Source: Lepidodermella squamata
Lineage: Eukaryota > Animalia > Gastrotricha
Reading direction: 5' to 3'
Length of the DNA stretch: 64,000 nucleotides
Assembly (NCBI GenBank): GCA_047495785.1
Contig: JBLDXI010000024.1
Coordinates: forward strand, 5,146,001 to 5,210,000
Position 1 is the first letter of the stretch. Every line of letters begins with the position of its first letter. This document shows positions 22,331 to 36,400 of the stretch, in pieces. The notes under the pieces are model-generated. The model was not told the origin of the DNA and did not search any database. It saw only the letters and a program-made list of their open reading frames with translations. Both the position numbers and the translations under genes were made by a program.

Positions 22331-22719
22331 CGGTGTGGCTATTGGCACATACATTATGTGCCCCTTAATGGCTATTGGCACATAACATTTTTCATTTAAC
22401 TGCTTATTTCGGGAGTTTAATTCTCAGATACCAGCATTTCAACCTTGCAATAGCAATCTAGGGGCGGCGAATTCACTGGAATCGTCGGATTTCACGTAAC
22501 TGTGCGATAGACTTCAGATACTCTACTTGGGCTACCCATTAGATGACGGATACCCCGATTTGCAACATGACTGCAATTTCGATATCGCCAAACGATTCCC
22601 TGTTGACGAAAACCCTAATATCAATACTCGTGGAACATTTCGATGCGTGAAAGTTGAAATTAGCGTTATGGGCCAATAGCCATTAAGAGGCACATAATTA
22701 TGTGCCAATAGCAACACCC
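22331..22719. mobile_element. Non-autonomous TIR element with 9-bp TSD (Mutator-like MITE)
   Basis: ~55-bp imperfect TIRs (GGTGT(G/T)GCTATTGGCACATA...); TTTTAATTA at both 22322-22330 and 22720-22728. Confidence 0.8.
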
Positions 22720-23043
22720 TTTTAATTAATGAGATATCGAAATATATTCCCGGACTAAGTGATGAAACTGCTATAGCTGTAAATGTTACGCTTTTACCCG
22801 AACAGAAACACGCATTATAGACTGCTCATTGCGATGCCCGCTCCACCAAGGTATATTATGTTGAATGGCATGATTGCAACAATCGGTATTTGACCAAATT
22901 TGATTTTGAGCAAACAACTCTGACTTGGCGAATCAAATCAATCAAATAAAAATTTTGAAAATCTTCCGAAAAAACAATTATTCCCGTCTTTCTAGCATTC
23001 CCTATCGAAGTATTACCAAAGTATACTTTAAGGCATATTGGCT

Positions 23044-24553
23044 ATGCATTTTCTCCTGCTTTTATTTGCTGCAGCAGTGCTCTTGGTTGCCGAAACACTC
23101 ACAGGTATTAAAGTAAAAATGAGTCACAACCTATGAACATTATTCGTTATAGCTTGTTCGCCGCCCTGTGATGAGAGGGGTGGCACTTGCAATGCCACTG
23201 TATGCCAATGTTTAGCTCGGTTCAAAGGTCCTGGTTGCTCCTTGGGTAAAAGTCCTTTTTATTTCGGAAACTGTACAAAACTGCAAAGTAAAATTCAGTT
23301 GATGGAACTATGACTGACGTGTCGCAGTATTTACCAGAATACTCTTACACCAGAAGCGGAGATTATGGTGAGGAACATAACTTTGAAACATTTCAATTTC
23401 TAAGACTTATCTGGTAGACGAAAACTGGCGTTACAAAAGCAACCGAAACTTTACGATTTTCGGGCAAATAAACGAGATTTACCTGACGCCCAACTTGGGG
23501 ACAACATTCACGACTTTTATTAACAAAAGGGTATCTGTTTTCAACAGCAAACACCCATCATATTTAAACTTCATTGCTCTACCTAGTACTTTCCGTTGGC
23601 GGATTTCTCCATCAACGTTACGATGCAGATAGATTCAGCTGTCGGGCAAACAGCGGATCAGTACACAATAGGCATTCTGTCGAATTCTACCATGTCTTAC
23701 GCAACGGCCACAAGTACAGGCACTACGTTGAACGGCACAAATTTTGCTGGCCTTCTCATTCGCGTTTTGAGTTACAAAACTGGTTACCAAGTCTTCGCTT
23801 CTTCCATCAAGACATCGATCAACCTCGGCGATTACACCTCGCCGCCTTTTGTTCCTTTGAATCAAGACACAATCAAAGGCAGACATCACGTTGGCATTGT
23901 CGTAAGGGGTGGCAATACGCTGTGGATGGATATGTGCAACCGCACGACATGCGTACCCGTTTTCAGCGGTCTGCTCTTGGCCAACCCATTGCCAATCCTC
24001 GACCCAACCATGGAACCTCCTGTTCTAAGCATTATTGGCATAAACACTGGAAACAATGACCCTTTAAGGCTGATTGATTTGCGAGTTTATCGCATTTGTA
24101 AGTTGAAAACTCCGATTTAAAGCTGGTAAATGACTGTTCCCAGATAAAGCCTTTTGCAATCCGAGCTGTCGAAATGGAGGGATTTGCAATGATACGAACT
24201 CATGCGCTTGTAAACAAGGTTGGACTGGGCAATATTGTGAGAGACGTGAGTAGTTTTTATGAAGCTTCTCACATTACTAAAGTTAAACCTGCAGAGCTAT
24301 GCGGCAATGCCATTTGCTCGACCTCAGCCTACTGCACGGCACCAAACACTTGCACGTGCTTTGATAAATGGAAAGCAGGCGTAGAATGTCGCGAAAGTGC
24401 GTTTTCTTCGACAGTACTTTTATGAATTGTGCAATGCACCATTTTACAGCTCTCTGCGACTGCAAGAATGCTAAGCGATGCGCGTTCATGATGTGCGACT
24501 GCCCTGACAATATACCTCGACGAGACTGTAACGATCTGCGTTCGCTGTATTGA
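23044..24553 (+). CDS. Secreted protein: signal peptide - EGF - beta-rich (LamG/TSPN-like) domain - 3 EGF-like repeats; ~8 exons
   Basis: MHFLLLLFAAAVLLVAETLT; CSPPCDERGGTCNATVCQCLARFKGPGC; HHVGIVV; CNPSCRNGGICNDTNSCACKQGWTGQYC. Confidence 0.75.
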
Positions 24554-25072
24554 AACGTCAACATAATTATAGTGACAATCTTCAGTGATTTATTTGAATC
24601 TCCATCTTGATCCCAGAACCTTCACTCAGATGCAATATAAGAAATAATTGATTATCTGGTCACTTTGATGGTCAAGAATTTGAGTAAACAGATTTCTAGA
24701 ATAAACCAATCATTCTTGGCTGAGTAATATTGGATGTTACGTTAACTTTAAGTGCACTCAACATGGATATCTTGGTCAGCTTTTTGATGCATTTATTTGC
24801 CACAAGGTCTCAAATTTCATAACGTAATTAGACGCGCTGATGTCAACGCTCACACATTGATCGATCGATGAAGGAAGGTACTTAAACTCAGAGACTAATG
24901 CGTTAACAGGGTGAGAGAATCGATTACGTGTCCTGCCACGCAGCTGAAAACAATTTACTCGAGTCTTCTCATTCGATTAAAATATTGCACTCGCTTGTTT
25001 TCACTTTTGACTTTTGATAGAAGGTGTTCGATTCAAGCTAGCTGGAAGCGTGATTTAGCGTAGCTTTATTCC

Positions 25073-26943
25073 ATGGCGAATTTCAACATTGCAGCTATAA
25101 ATGTCAACATCTCCAAGCCTGCTGTAAAACGGAAAGGTCGACCAGGGCTTTTTGCCAGGTTAACTGGCTCTGGTGGTCCAGCGAACAAACTCGACGACTT
25201 CCACAAGCAAACAGTAACTTCTTAAAGAAATAATAAAGTAAACACAAGTTGATGCCTTGTAGGTTGAAATGTTCTTAGATCGATTCCACGAGGCTGCTTA
25301 TGAAGGCGATGTTACCGTACTCAAAAACATTGTGAAAGAAGTCGAAGCAAAACTGCATCCATACACTAACGAGATCACTGTAATCACGGAGCCACTAACC
25401 AGCGGATTGAAGAGCTCGCCGCTCTTCAAACAACGGATCACACCGTTGATAAGTGCCGTCTCACGTAGTCACATTTCCAATATTGAATATCTAGTGAAGG
25501 AGCTTCGGGCCGATCTGATGCAGACTGACGAACTCGGCTCATTGGCCACTCACATTGCGGCGGAAATGGACCAGTTGGAGGCGTTGAAAAAGCTGTTGGA
25601 ACTACAGCCGAGTCTACTAGAGGCGAAGCATGTGCGAACAAACGAAACGCCATTGAATAGGGCTGCATACAGTGGCCACTTGGATATTGTCAAGTATTTG
25701 GTCTGTGAGAAGAATGCTAATATGTTCAATTTTGGCCAACTCGAGCGGACTCCTATGATGGACGCCGCGTTGAATGGGCATCTTGAAATTGTTAAACTGC
25801 TGAATGAACGAGAGGTGAGTTAGGTTTTTGCTTGAAAATTCTTTCATTCCGCCACATTGCAAACAGGTGGACCTGGATGATTTCGAGAAGTTTGAAAAAT
25901 CAATAACAATGTCGGCCTATTACGCTACAATGAATAATCACGTGGATGTAGTTGAATACCTCGTGAAAAATGTCAAGCCAGATTTGGAAAACACCCTACG
26001 AGACACGAAAAACGACACCCTGCTTCATCTAGCGGCTTACACCGGTCACGTGGAAATGGTCAAATTTTTTGTTGAAAAGTGTTCGATGAACTTGGAAATT
26101 CGAGGTGCTGCTGGCAGGACGCCGCTTTTAGTTGCAGCCTATCGCCGCTGCTTCAGTGTGGTCGAGTATTTGCTGGACCGTGGGGCTGATATCGAGGCGG
26201 TTGATGAGACTGAGCAAAAGTCGGGCGCAATTCACCTCGCGGCTCAAATGGGTGATACGGCTATAGTTGAGTTGCTGCTAAAGAGAAAATCGAGTCTCAT
26301 CGAGTCACGAACAGCTTTGCAAGACACTCCACTGCATCGAGCGGCTTTAAATGGTATATAGCTATGTTTAAAAGATTCTCATAATTTCCTTTCAAATTTA
26401 GGAAACACAGAGCTCGTGAAACTGTTGGTCACTCAGTACAAAGCTCCGGTCAATGTGAGCGGACAACGAGGCATGGCCCCATTGATGATGGCGGCTATTA
26501 ATGATTTCATTGAGATAGTGGAATTTCTCACGGAAAACGGCGCCGATGTTCATCAGAAGAGCACGGAAGACGAATCCATGGCCCTGCACTACGCTGTTGC
26601 GCGTGGCAAGGCAAACGTGGTTGATTTCATCCTTGAGAAGTGGCCAGATCAGCTTGAAATGGTAGATGGCTATGGCAGAACTCCGCTGGCTGTGGCGGCT
26701 AGTTACGGCCAGCTGGGTATGGTGGATTACTTGGTTTGCTGTAAGGAGGCTAACATTGAGGCGCGAGATATGACGATGAAAACTCCGCTCGTGTTAGCCT
26801 TGGAACGTGGCCATGAGATGATTGTTGAATATCTGCGGGATTTCGACGCCAATGAGACGAGCGATGAGTACACTAACGTTGCTTTGTACCTGGCTAAAGC
26901 TTCCTACTTGTTTTATGGACTTGATTCACTGGAATTGCGTTGA
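25073..26943 (+). CDS. Multi-ankyrin-repeat protein (4 exons)
   Basis: Many TPL..AA..GH..IV..L repeats in ORFs 25269, 25828 and 26416, joined by ~50-nt introns. Confidence 0.88.
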
Positions 26944-27022
26944 CAGCTTCTGATGCAGATTAGGGTTTGCAGATTTTAGCAGGAAGCTAATATATGTTTG
27001 CAATCGTGGACATTATTCGCTC

Positions 27023-27470
27023 AATTCCGGACTCATATTAGTTCCGTCCGGCCACCAAACGCCGGTTGCGCAATCCGAGGGTGGAAAGTGGACTTCGCGC
27101 AAAAAGCCAAGTCGAAAATTTCAGAAATTTCAAGGCCGCGTGCAGTAAAGTCAGAGGGCAAGTTTTCATTATTTAGGCAGTTTTCATACCGAAAGATAAT
27201 TCAGAAAATTCTCTATCAAATAGATATGAATTTCTCGCGCGAAAAATGAAAGTAAAAGCGTTATTCGCTCAGCTTAGTTCTTGAGGAGCGAGTTCGCGCG
27301 TTCTAAACTAGCGCGATAAATTTGGAGTACGCGTAAAACCTTTTTATTTTAATTTTTCGCGCGAGAACACCATATTCAATCGATAGAGAAATTTCCGAAT
27401 TATTTTTTAGTATTAGAACGACGAGAACCAGCGCTTGGGGGCCGGACGGAACTAATATGGGCCTGGAATT
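27023..27470. mobile_element. Foldback/MITE with outer and inner inverted repeats
   Basis: CATATTAGTTCCGTCCGGCC near 27034 inverted near 27440-27459; second imperfect inverted pair ~27181-27245 vs ~27354-27418; no TSD found. Confidence 0.65.
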
Positions 27471-27620
27471 CCGGAATAAAAATTGTTAACTATGTGCTGA
27501 CGATCAGCTATACCAAGCAAAACTGACTATTTGTTTCTTTATTTCAAAAGTTACACTTACTCACAGTTCTAACATAGGAGGCATATAGCTGACTAATGAA
27601 ATTATGGAATATGGGCTTGC

Positions 27621-29651
27621 TCATCGTTTGTTAGGTGGTGACATTTCATTGGCCAATACTGTCAGGCGTTTCCACTCCAAGATATTAATAACCAACATCG
27701 CAGTCATGCAAATAACGAGAAACGACAGCACGCAAGCTGTTGCGATAATTGCAGTTCGATAGCCATCGTTTGCCTCGGATATCTTTTCAATTGGCACTTT
27801 AGGGCAGATTCGGCCATCAACTTGCAAGATATAGATTAATGGTTAATGTAATCATTGAATAGGGAGTCGTGAAAATACCTGAATGACCTGGAATCATGGT
27901 TTCACAGGCCCCGTCATTCTGAGTATTCACGGATGGAAGGCACGAGTTCGGGCAAACCAAGCTACTGGCGAATCGGGACCAAAAACATGAGAAATCAGTT
28001 CCGCCAATCAGATCCAGCCCTATATTATAGCTCCAAATCGCGACGTCCTCAGATATTGTTGTATTTTGATCCTCATTAGTCCGGTAAAATATGAATAAAT
28101 ATTTCCCATCAGCTTCGCTGTTTGAATTGAAGCTAAAGTCTTCTGTTGATGCATTTCTTAGCAATTTGTAAATCGCCTCTCCCTTTGCCATAAGATTGGC
28201 AATCCTCCCAGAGCATCTTTGACTCAGGGTACTGTTAGCCCTTCTTTCAGGGCAGTTCTCCTCCAAATAACCGCGAACAGTTCCTACTGCAAGTCTAACT
28301 GCTTGGTCCATTTGATCGAGATACAGACTAGTTGGAATGTCGTCAATAGTAAGGATACTTATAGCTTTGGCTATTGCTTTTCTTTCTTCAGCTTCAGTCC
28401 CATCCGGTTGGGGTGTATAAGAGCAGTTGTTATTGCGGCACTGTAGCCACTCGCGAATCCATTCATGTTCCACCGCCTGGGTGGAGATTTGCTTGAGAGC
28501 CCACTGCTGAAATTCTTCGGCTATTACTCGAGTTTTCAGTTGTACCTGCAGTTTAAGAACTGAAATTCGCGGGCTTGTTAAATCGATTTTGAGCTGATCG
28601 TCTTCAACATGCGCACTTGATATGACAATGATTGGCCTACCATCCTTTAGACGGTTAAGTTTAGAAATTACAGGTTCCAACTGTTTTGGGTTGCAGAAAC
28701 AAATGAGGACGGCCGTTGAGTTCGCAACATTTTGAATGACTTTATCTATTGATGAGCCGGACCTATCCAGCTTCATCTTACTTTTTATACAAATTCCGAC
28801 CTGGCCCAGATACTGCTCGAGTAACTGGTAACCAGACTCCCCGTACAGCCCTGACGAATAGGCAACATGGACGCAATCGACTTTGAGAAAATTTGCCAAA
28901 TAATCAGCGATAGCCAAGGTTTGATGCACATCCGATGGGCTTAATCTTGCGTATAGCGGATACTTCTCCCGATTACTAAGAACAGACAGAGTTGTGCCAA
29001 AGTCGATCTTTGAATCAAAAGGATTAAATTAAAATGTTGATGCTTGGTTTCATACCACAGGGACATCGTACGTCCGATACAGCCTCGTCATTAGCTCTGA
29101 TTCCTCGTTGCCGAATGGGCCTAACGCAAAGGCCAGAGGAAATGTAATAGGACTTGAATTAATCATCATCCCCACAATATCAGGCAGTCTTCCCTGCATC
29201 TGATTCGAGTCATTTGCCGCCGATTCGGAAATCAAATTCACGAAATTACTACCGCGATAGTCGAGTGCTATCGCGGCGTCAGTTACAGCCAAATTCGGAA
29301 TCGAGCACGTGTCGATTATTAAATAACCTAGTTTGAGACCACCAAGGATAGAAGGATCTTTGTTTACAGCAGCTACACTTCGAATGAATTGTAGAAATAG
29401 CGCAACTGAGCTTGGAATTATGTCTCCGCAAGCATCTCTGAATGGTTTTCATTAACAGCAATTTTTGGCTGAGATAATTACACTCACGTGATATTCAGGG
29501 TGCTTCGCCGTTCGGGATTCTCCTTATGAAAAGGAAGATTGAGCATTAATGCAACATCCGGTACGCCATCTCGTGAGGCTTCAAGCGAATTTTTCACGGC
29601 ACCAAAGCTGCAAGGAGCCAAGAAAACTACCAAATTGAGAGTGAATAACAT
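27621..29651 (-). CDS. Gene A1: Venus-flytrap ectodomain + single TM + ~20-aa tail, no kinase
   Basis: Signal peptide; VNKDPSILGGLKLGYLIIDTCS; KYPLYARLSPSD; GLYGES..VGICI; TM AIIATACVLSFLVICMTAMLVI; stop soon after. Confidence 0.85.
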
Positions 29652-29719
29652 TAAATTTCTAAAAGTGAATAAATAATATGTTTAATAATTCATTTCGATT
29701 CTGTGGCTAGAAAGCACCC

Positions 29720-32700
29720 TTAAGCAAATAACTCCATCATTTCGGCGAAAGTAGCTCTTGAATTTGGAACTTCAGCCCAGCAATAAGTGGTTATTCTATC
29801 GTACCTAAACAGAAGTAAAGTTTATCATGTTACAGTTTTCGGCTGTGAGAGCTTACACAATTTGCGGCATTTCATCAGGTTTAGCTAGTCTTCCACCTTG
29901 AGAGACGAAAGCTTCCACTTCGCCATCTTGACGTCCTGAATACGGCTTCTTACCCTGGGAAAACATTTCCCAAACAACTACGCCGAAGGACCAGACATCG
30001 CCGAGTTGTAAATAGAAGTCGTAGCAGCCGTCTTCCTTGCAGTGAAGAGACTCTGGTGGATACCATCGAGCCGGTATGCTTCTCCAAGATGGAATTTTTG
30101 ATACTGTCTGATCATGACGCAAAATTTCAGCCAAGCCAAAATCTGAAATTTGTGGCGTCAATGTTGAATCGAGAAGTATATTCCGGCAAGATAGGTCGCG
30201 ATGGACACACCGATTTTGGGACAAGTGCTGCATACCTTGAATGATTCCTCGCGCAATTTTAAATAGTTCCTCGGTGTTAAGCTTGACGCTCTCAACGTAA
30301 GCTTTAAGGCTTCCATTCTGCATCCATGGAGTAATCATGTGCGGTTTATCCAAAAACGTTATTCCGATTAGATCGATCACATTAGGATGGTCAAACTCGG
30401 TAAGCAAGAGACTTTCATTTACAAGGTCCAGCCAAGAATTTGAGTTATGAATAATAGGTATTTTGATTGCGACCGGCACGTCGTTCACTTTCCCTGCAAT
30501 CCATTTTCTCACGCTTGCTCTGATTACCAAACTTGCTCCAGTTTCTGCTACTTTTACATCTTCGTAAGTTAGGCGTTGACTTGGCAGGAATCGCTCTTCC
30601 GCTAAATTCGCGAACACACCCTCAGACCCCATGCCAATGAGAAACTGTTTCAACCTGCTTGGCTTCTCTTCCAAGGTCGCAATGTAGCCCCCAGCTTCAC
30701 AACTGTCATCCGGAACTTCGATATTAATTACTTTCGGCGGCGTTCGTCTCGGACGACCTTGGAAATAGGAGTCTTGAATATAGAGACGTTCCATGCCTAC
30801 GGCCCCGATTGCGAAGCCATATTCAGGCAGCCTAGCAGTCTTCTTCAGCTTCATTTGACTCTCTGCAAGCCGCTGTTGAGTCGATTTGATTTTTCGCCGA
30901 CTTCTCAAGAAGAAAATGACAAAAATGATACAAATTATCAACAGCAAAAAGCCGAGGATCGCCCCAACAATAGCTGCCGTATTGTCATTTTTCGAAATAG
31001 CTGTGGTCGCTCCTCGTGTTTCGTTCATTGGCGTAGACGCAGTTGTTGCGATCGGTCGAATTACTGGACATTGCTTAATCGACATATTCAACTTCATGTC
31101 GCAAGTATCAGCAGGGCAGGTGGACGAGGTAAGGCCTGTAAGGCTGTCGAAGGCTGTTCTAGCTTCATTGTTGTCGATGACACGAATAGCCCGGTCCAGA
31201 AGGCTCCAGGTAGCAATTCTTGTCCACGTCGAATCACTGCCCATTGAGTAAAATGCATAGCTCGCAGGTGGACTGCCATCTTTCTCCCAGGAAAACGGCA
31301 ATCCCAGCGTGGAAGGGTCCGCTTCGTAAACACGTTGGTATCTCGAAAAATTTGCAACACTAAAATCTCTATTGAGCAAACAGTTAATTGTGGTCTCCTT
31401 TTTCACAGCACAGTAGTCTTTTGCCGCTGCCTCCAATGTTAGAACAGCTGAGTAAATCGCTGCATTCAAGTGGTAAGCAAAGCTGTTGAGTTTCATTTCG
31501 GCTACACTTCCGCCCTCTAATATAAGTTCTAATATAAGCAATATAAGTTCATGGGCTGCGGCGAGTTGCTAAGTATCATACCAGCGATCCACTCAGAGAT
31601 CCATGGTTCAATCGTTGAGTTCACAGGCCTCTTGGCTAACCAACTTCGAAACTCACTCTCACCCGGAATCAATCCAATGAATGGAGAAATCTTGATCAGA
31701 CCTATATTCACGGTTTCCCTGAAGTTTTCGAATTCTCCGTCAGGATCACTACAAGAGCGCCTGGATTGACCGAGTGGGGATTTCGGTTTTTTCAAACGTA
31801 CCTCGCCAAAATCAGTTTGACGCTTGTTTTTCGTCCCTGTACTGCTTTCGCAAGCTTCGATAATGTATCTGTTCGACAAAGGCAAACGATATGAGTAGCC
31901 GAGGCGTTGAGCGACTCGAAGGAAATTCTTGAATCCATTTCACCAGCAACACACAACCCAGTGTTTCTGAAAACGGTCCTCAGATCTTCGACAGCAGACC
32001 GGTCAATAAAATTAGTGTTGTCATAGATTACGAGCGGGCAAGTTTGATTAAAAGCATCGACCAATAAATCTGCAATAGCGAGTGCTAAGTTGACATCGTC
32101 CGGACTGGTTCTTGCGTATCGAGGAAACTTCGTTTTGTCACCAAGTTCGCTTAACGAGCCTCTGAAATCAATCTTTAAAAAGAAGTAACTCCGCCAATAT
32201 AAACGTTTCTCAACTAACCAAGGTCGTTTGGAAAGATTCAAACGCCGGCGCAAGGCTGAAGGCCATCTCAGAATTAGCAGGCCCGATGTAGATCGGGATG
32301 GTCATGCGAAGATCTCTCGCGGCTAACGCCCGTTGATCGAACAATTGTTCCAGCGCAATAGCAGAATTCGAGCAAGAGTCGATCATGTAGTAACCCAGGC
32401 TCAGATCCGTGACTCCCAAAAATCCATGATTGGAATTGAATTTTTCAAGGCACCAGCGAGCAAATGCCGATAAAACTGCCATGTCACGATTTAACTTGAC
32501 ACATTTTCCGCTGAAATTAAAAAAATTGAGGTTTCAAACAGCAGTGGCAATCAAAAGATCCGCACGGTGGAATTGAGACGACGATAGTTGTAATTTTTCG
32601 CTCGTGCGAAATGAGGCTGTTTATCTCCTTCAGAAGGGACCAATATGACCCCTTTTTCACGAGCTCCAAAAATAGCTCCAAGGAATGGGGGATAGTTTCA

Positions 32701-33381
32701 ATAATATGAATATATTCATGAAATGCCATGAAACCAGGAAATTCTTAGTTAAGTGCCAAAAAATGCAGACAAATTTGAGCACTTAGAATAAGGTTTCAAC
32801 AATTCAAAAATTATTTTTCCGGAATTTTTCTGACATAATTATCAATTTTAAGGGCTACGCAATATGAATTAGGTCATGGCATGTGAACACAGCATTGTGT
32901 ATCGCCCAATGTCTATGCGTACACATTGTGTGTGCGTGATTGGCTACTTGAACACAGTGCGCGCGTAACTTTGGCTGTGTGTCCCGCACTTTGTGTACGC
33001 ATAGCCATTGGGCGATACACTTTTCCTGTGTTCACAAAGCCACATCCTATTAATTAGCACCTAGTGAATATTCATATTTTCAAAACTTTTAAAACTTCTT
33101 GGCCTGGCCGAGTTACTTTCTTTGTTTTTAGCTGGTTTTAACCCCAGCTTGGAGCTGAAAATAGTTCGGGCGCGTGTGAGATATTTTGAGTTTCAACTCA
33201 GCAAATTCCTGGCCTTTTGATTTTCACTGTAGGTTTTCAGTCGTTTTTACCTTGAATTATCCTGGTAATGGATCGGCAACATGAAGCCCAGTCGAAACGG
33301 TTTGTTGACCCTCCATTCACTCTGATGAATCAGAGCAGTGCTCGCAAGGCACGGCAGTAACAACAATGCTACAAAATGCAT
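29720..33381 (-). CDS. Gene B1: Venus-flytrap receptor with atypical tyrosine kinase domain
   Basis: MHFVALLLLPCLA signal; LGYYMIDSCS, IGPANS, KFPRYARTSPDD, ILASD; TM; VAIK, HRDLSCRN, DFG, P.RW.PPE; last exon YDRITTYCW..RATF. Confidence 0.88.
32868..33050. mobile_element. Hairpin MITE in intron 1 of B1 (absent from the ~49-nt equivalent intron of B2)
   Basis: GTGAACACAG..GTGTATCGCCCAATG..TATGCGTACACA inverted as TGTGTACGCATA..CATTGGGCGATACAC..CTGTGTTCAC. Confidence 0.7.
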
Positions 33382-33463
33382 GCCAAGTTAATAAATTTTC
33401 TCCTAAATCTCCTCTACAAGCCAAGAAAACAACATTTCATCTTTCAGCCGGCACATATGCAAA

Positions 33464-36400
33464 TTATTCAATTGAGTCAGATGAGTATACAGTATCTTTG
33501 ATAATCTCCAACTGTTCTAATAGCTGCGAAAACGAAGGGCGGTCGCTTATCGCGATTTTCCAGCAGCTTTGCATGACTGCGTAACTATGTTGCAGTTTAT
33601 ATTTTTTGCAATTTTGAAAAAATCATCACAGACAGCTTACATTTCTTTAGGGCAGTTCTTGGGTGATTGGAGCGTCTCATTACGATCCAAAACTGCTGCA
33701 AATACGTCAGCTTCTTCTTTGATGTGGGGATAAGGCCGCTCGCCATAACTGTAAATTTCCCACAAAACAATACCGAACGACCATACGTCACTCTTTTCGC
33801 CAAATTTTTCGCTTTTTAGCGACTCGGGTGGGTGCCAGCGAATCGGCAACGGCCTGCTAGCGTTTGCAGGCTTATAATAGTCGCTTTCGTAAAGCTGTCG
33901 AGATAGACCGAAGTCAGCAATAATGGCTTGATTTTCCTCTCCCAGTAAGATGTTCCTGCAGGCCAGATCCCGATGGATGAACTTTTCGGATGAGAGATAT
34001 ACCATCGCCTTGCATATTTCGTTAGAGAATGTCCACAGTTGGCTTTGAGAAATGCCATTCTCTTTTGAATGTTTCAACAGAAATTTTAACAAGCTGCCGT
34101 TTCGCATGAAAGGAACGACGATAACAGGCCACTTCGATATCATTGCCATGCCTCGAAGCTGCAGCACATTTCCGTGCTTAAATGAAGCCATTAGCAGACC
34201 CTCTTGGATGAATTCAGCAACATCCGTCGGTTTCCTTGACTTGAGCATTTTTACAGCGACTCTCTCGTCGTGCAATTCTCCGGCGCAAACAACTCCGTAA
34301 TGTCCTGAAGCTATGCTTTTGTTTGATAATTTCAAACCGCTGGTTATAGAAAAGCCAACGAATTTCTTTGTCAGCTCTTCGCCAGCTTCGTATTGCTTAA
34401 GAGCAAGCTCAATTTGATCGCAATTTTTGAGCGGAATGTCGATCAAAGTCGCACTATTCCATATTTCATCCAGGGCTAGTTCGTCAAATCGTGCCTGTTT
34501 GCGGCTTGCGGCTGACTTGGACCTGCGGTTCAAGATGAAGAAAGTCATCGTTACAACGGTAAGACAGAAGAAAATCGAGCCAAATGAAATGGCGATGGTA
34601 AGCAGGACTCTCAAATCCCAAACTTTAACTGCTTCCTGGTTAGATGGAGTCACAACTTTACATACGTCAAGCTGGTTCGAGCAATTCGGTTGAGTGGTCA
34701 TCATATATGGTTTCTTACGAACGGCGTGACACGGAATATCAAAAAATGCATATTCGTACTCGAGTTGATTTGATTTGTGAAAAACTGTGCCATTTCCGCA
34801 TGAGTAGTTCGCAGCCGGAATATAGAACAATGAGTTGTTTTCGAAGTACTTAAGCCCACTGTCTTTCGTCCAATATGCGAGTTCTATCCAATGCGATTCC
34901 TTGCTGTTGTAATATGAAAAATTATATCGCCCCGCGACAGAAGTGCTGTCGTTGAACGAGAAATGTTCTCTTGTGCCGGGTACATTGAATCTAGCTTTCT
35001 TGATGTACCGCAGGAGCTCTCGGCCATCCAACAATAAACGAGCCCGTGTTTCTCCCGGGCATCTCTCCTTCAACGTTGCACTTCCCGGGGGACATCTTGC
35101 GTTGAGAAAATCGCGTAGGCCATACGCGGCAGCAAGGACAGCTTTTTGAATGCTCGATGTGTATTTGCTTAAAGGAAATGATGATTCAGCAACCGTTATG
35201 CCTATCAAATTCACGTAAATGTGTTCTGTCAGAATCCATACGGCATACATACCTGAGGGTGAAATGTTGAAATTCAAAGCATTTTTCTCCATTGCCCAGT
35301 TCCAAAAATCAGTTAGTGATACTGAAATAATATTTATAAGATATGTGCATTTTTCTATCAATTCGTAGCTGAATATTACCATCGTCTGTTCGGTCGTAAT
35401 CCAACGCCGTACTGCTTAAATAAGCTGGGAAAGTATAGTCTGGCTCCATGGCTAATGCTGCAGCTATGAAATCGTAATTGGCACCCGGTTTCGCGACCTC
35501 TTTATCATTCATATCGCCGTTCCAAAGGTGGCCAGCGATAACCAACGGCTTTGCTATGAAATTAACCTGCCGTAGCGCTAAATCAACTTTTGAAAATGCC
35601 CATCGCTCGCAGAAGCACACAATTGTCTCGACTTGAGATGCGTTCAACAGCTTCATGATTCGGTCAAAATTCGAAGAGTTTATTTTGACTGCTTGCCAAG
35701 AGCTCAAGTGATTTCGGATAACAGCATGAGCTGACTCTCCATAAGCGCCTTGACTGTAGAGGATAACTCCGCAGGATGATCTATTCAGACTCTTCAGCAA
35801 ATCCAAAATAGCCAAAATTTGATCTGCATCCGATGGAACTGTTCGCGAATATAGCGGATATTTGTCACGATTGTCGAACTCCACTGCAGTGGAGCCGAAA
35901 TCAATCACTGGCATATCCAAAGCTTGGGCTCGATCTAGAACAGCCGCTGTGACGTCGCTTTCTAATGCCCCTATTATAAATGGAGCGGTTTTGAAAAACG
36001 CTGCTTTGAGCATTTCTGAGTCCATGTCTTTAGCTACGACAATTCGGGTTGAGGCTATCTGAGCGCACCGGCGGCTTGCGTAAATTGGAAAGCTGCAGCT
36101 GTTAATCGAGTAGAAGCCAAGTTTCAAGCCGCCCAAAATTGAATCATTGTTGTTTACATTCGCTATCGCTCTGAAAAGCTGTGCTTGTAGTAAATTCCAG
36201 GCGGGAATAAATTTGTCGGCCGGGCAAAAACTGAGAGTGTCGTTTAAGAAATCGAAAGGTTCTACGAGCAGACTGGAATAATTGCTATATATTATACTAG
36301 ACACAGATTTGCATGTTGCATAAAAACCTCTCGGGTGATTGGTCGCTGTAAATTGAGCCGGACATGGGAACAACTGAAATGAAGTTGATATCTTGCAAAA

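Noticed and set aside
27621-29651. A genes as truncated mGluR pseudogenes
   Set aside because: No 7TM remnants; both paralogs keep frame, splice sites and one TM helix with the same ending
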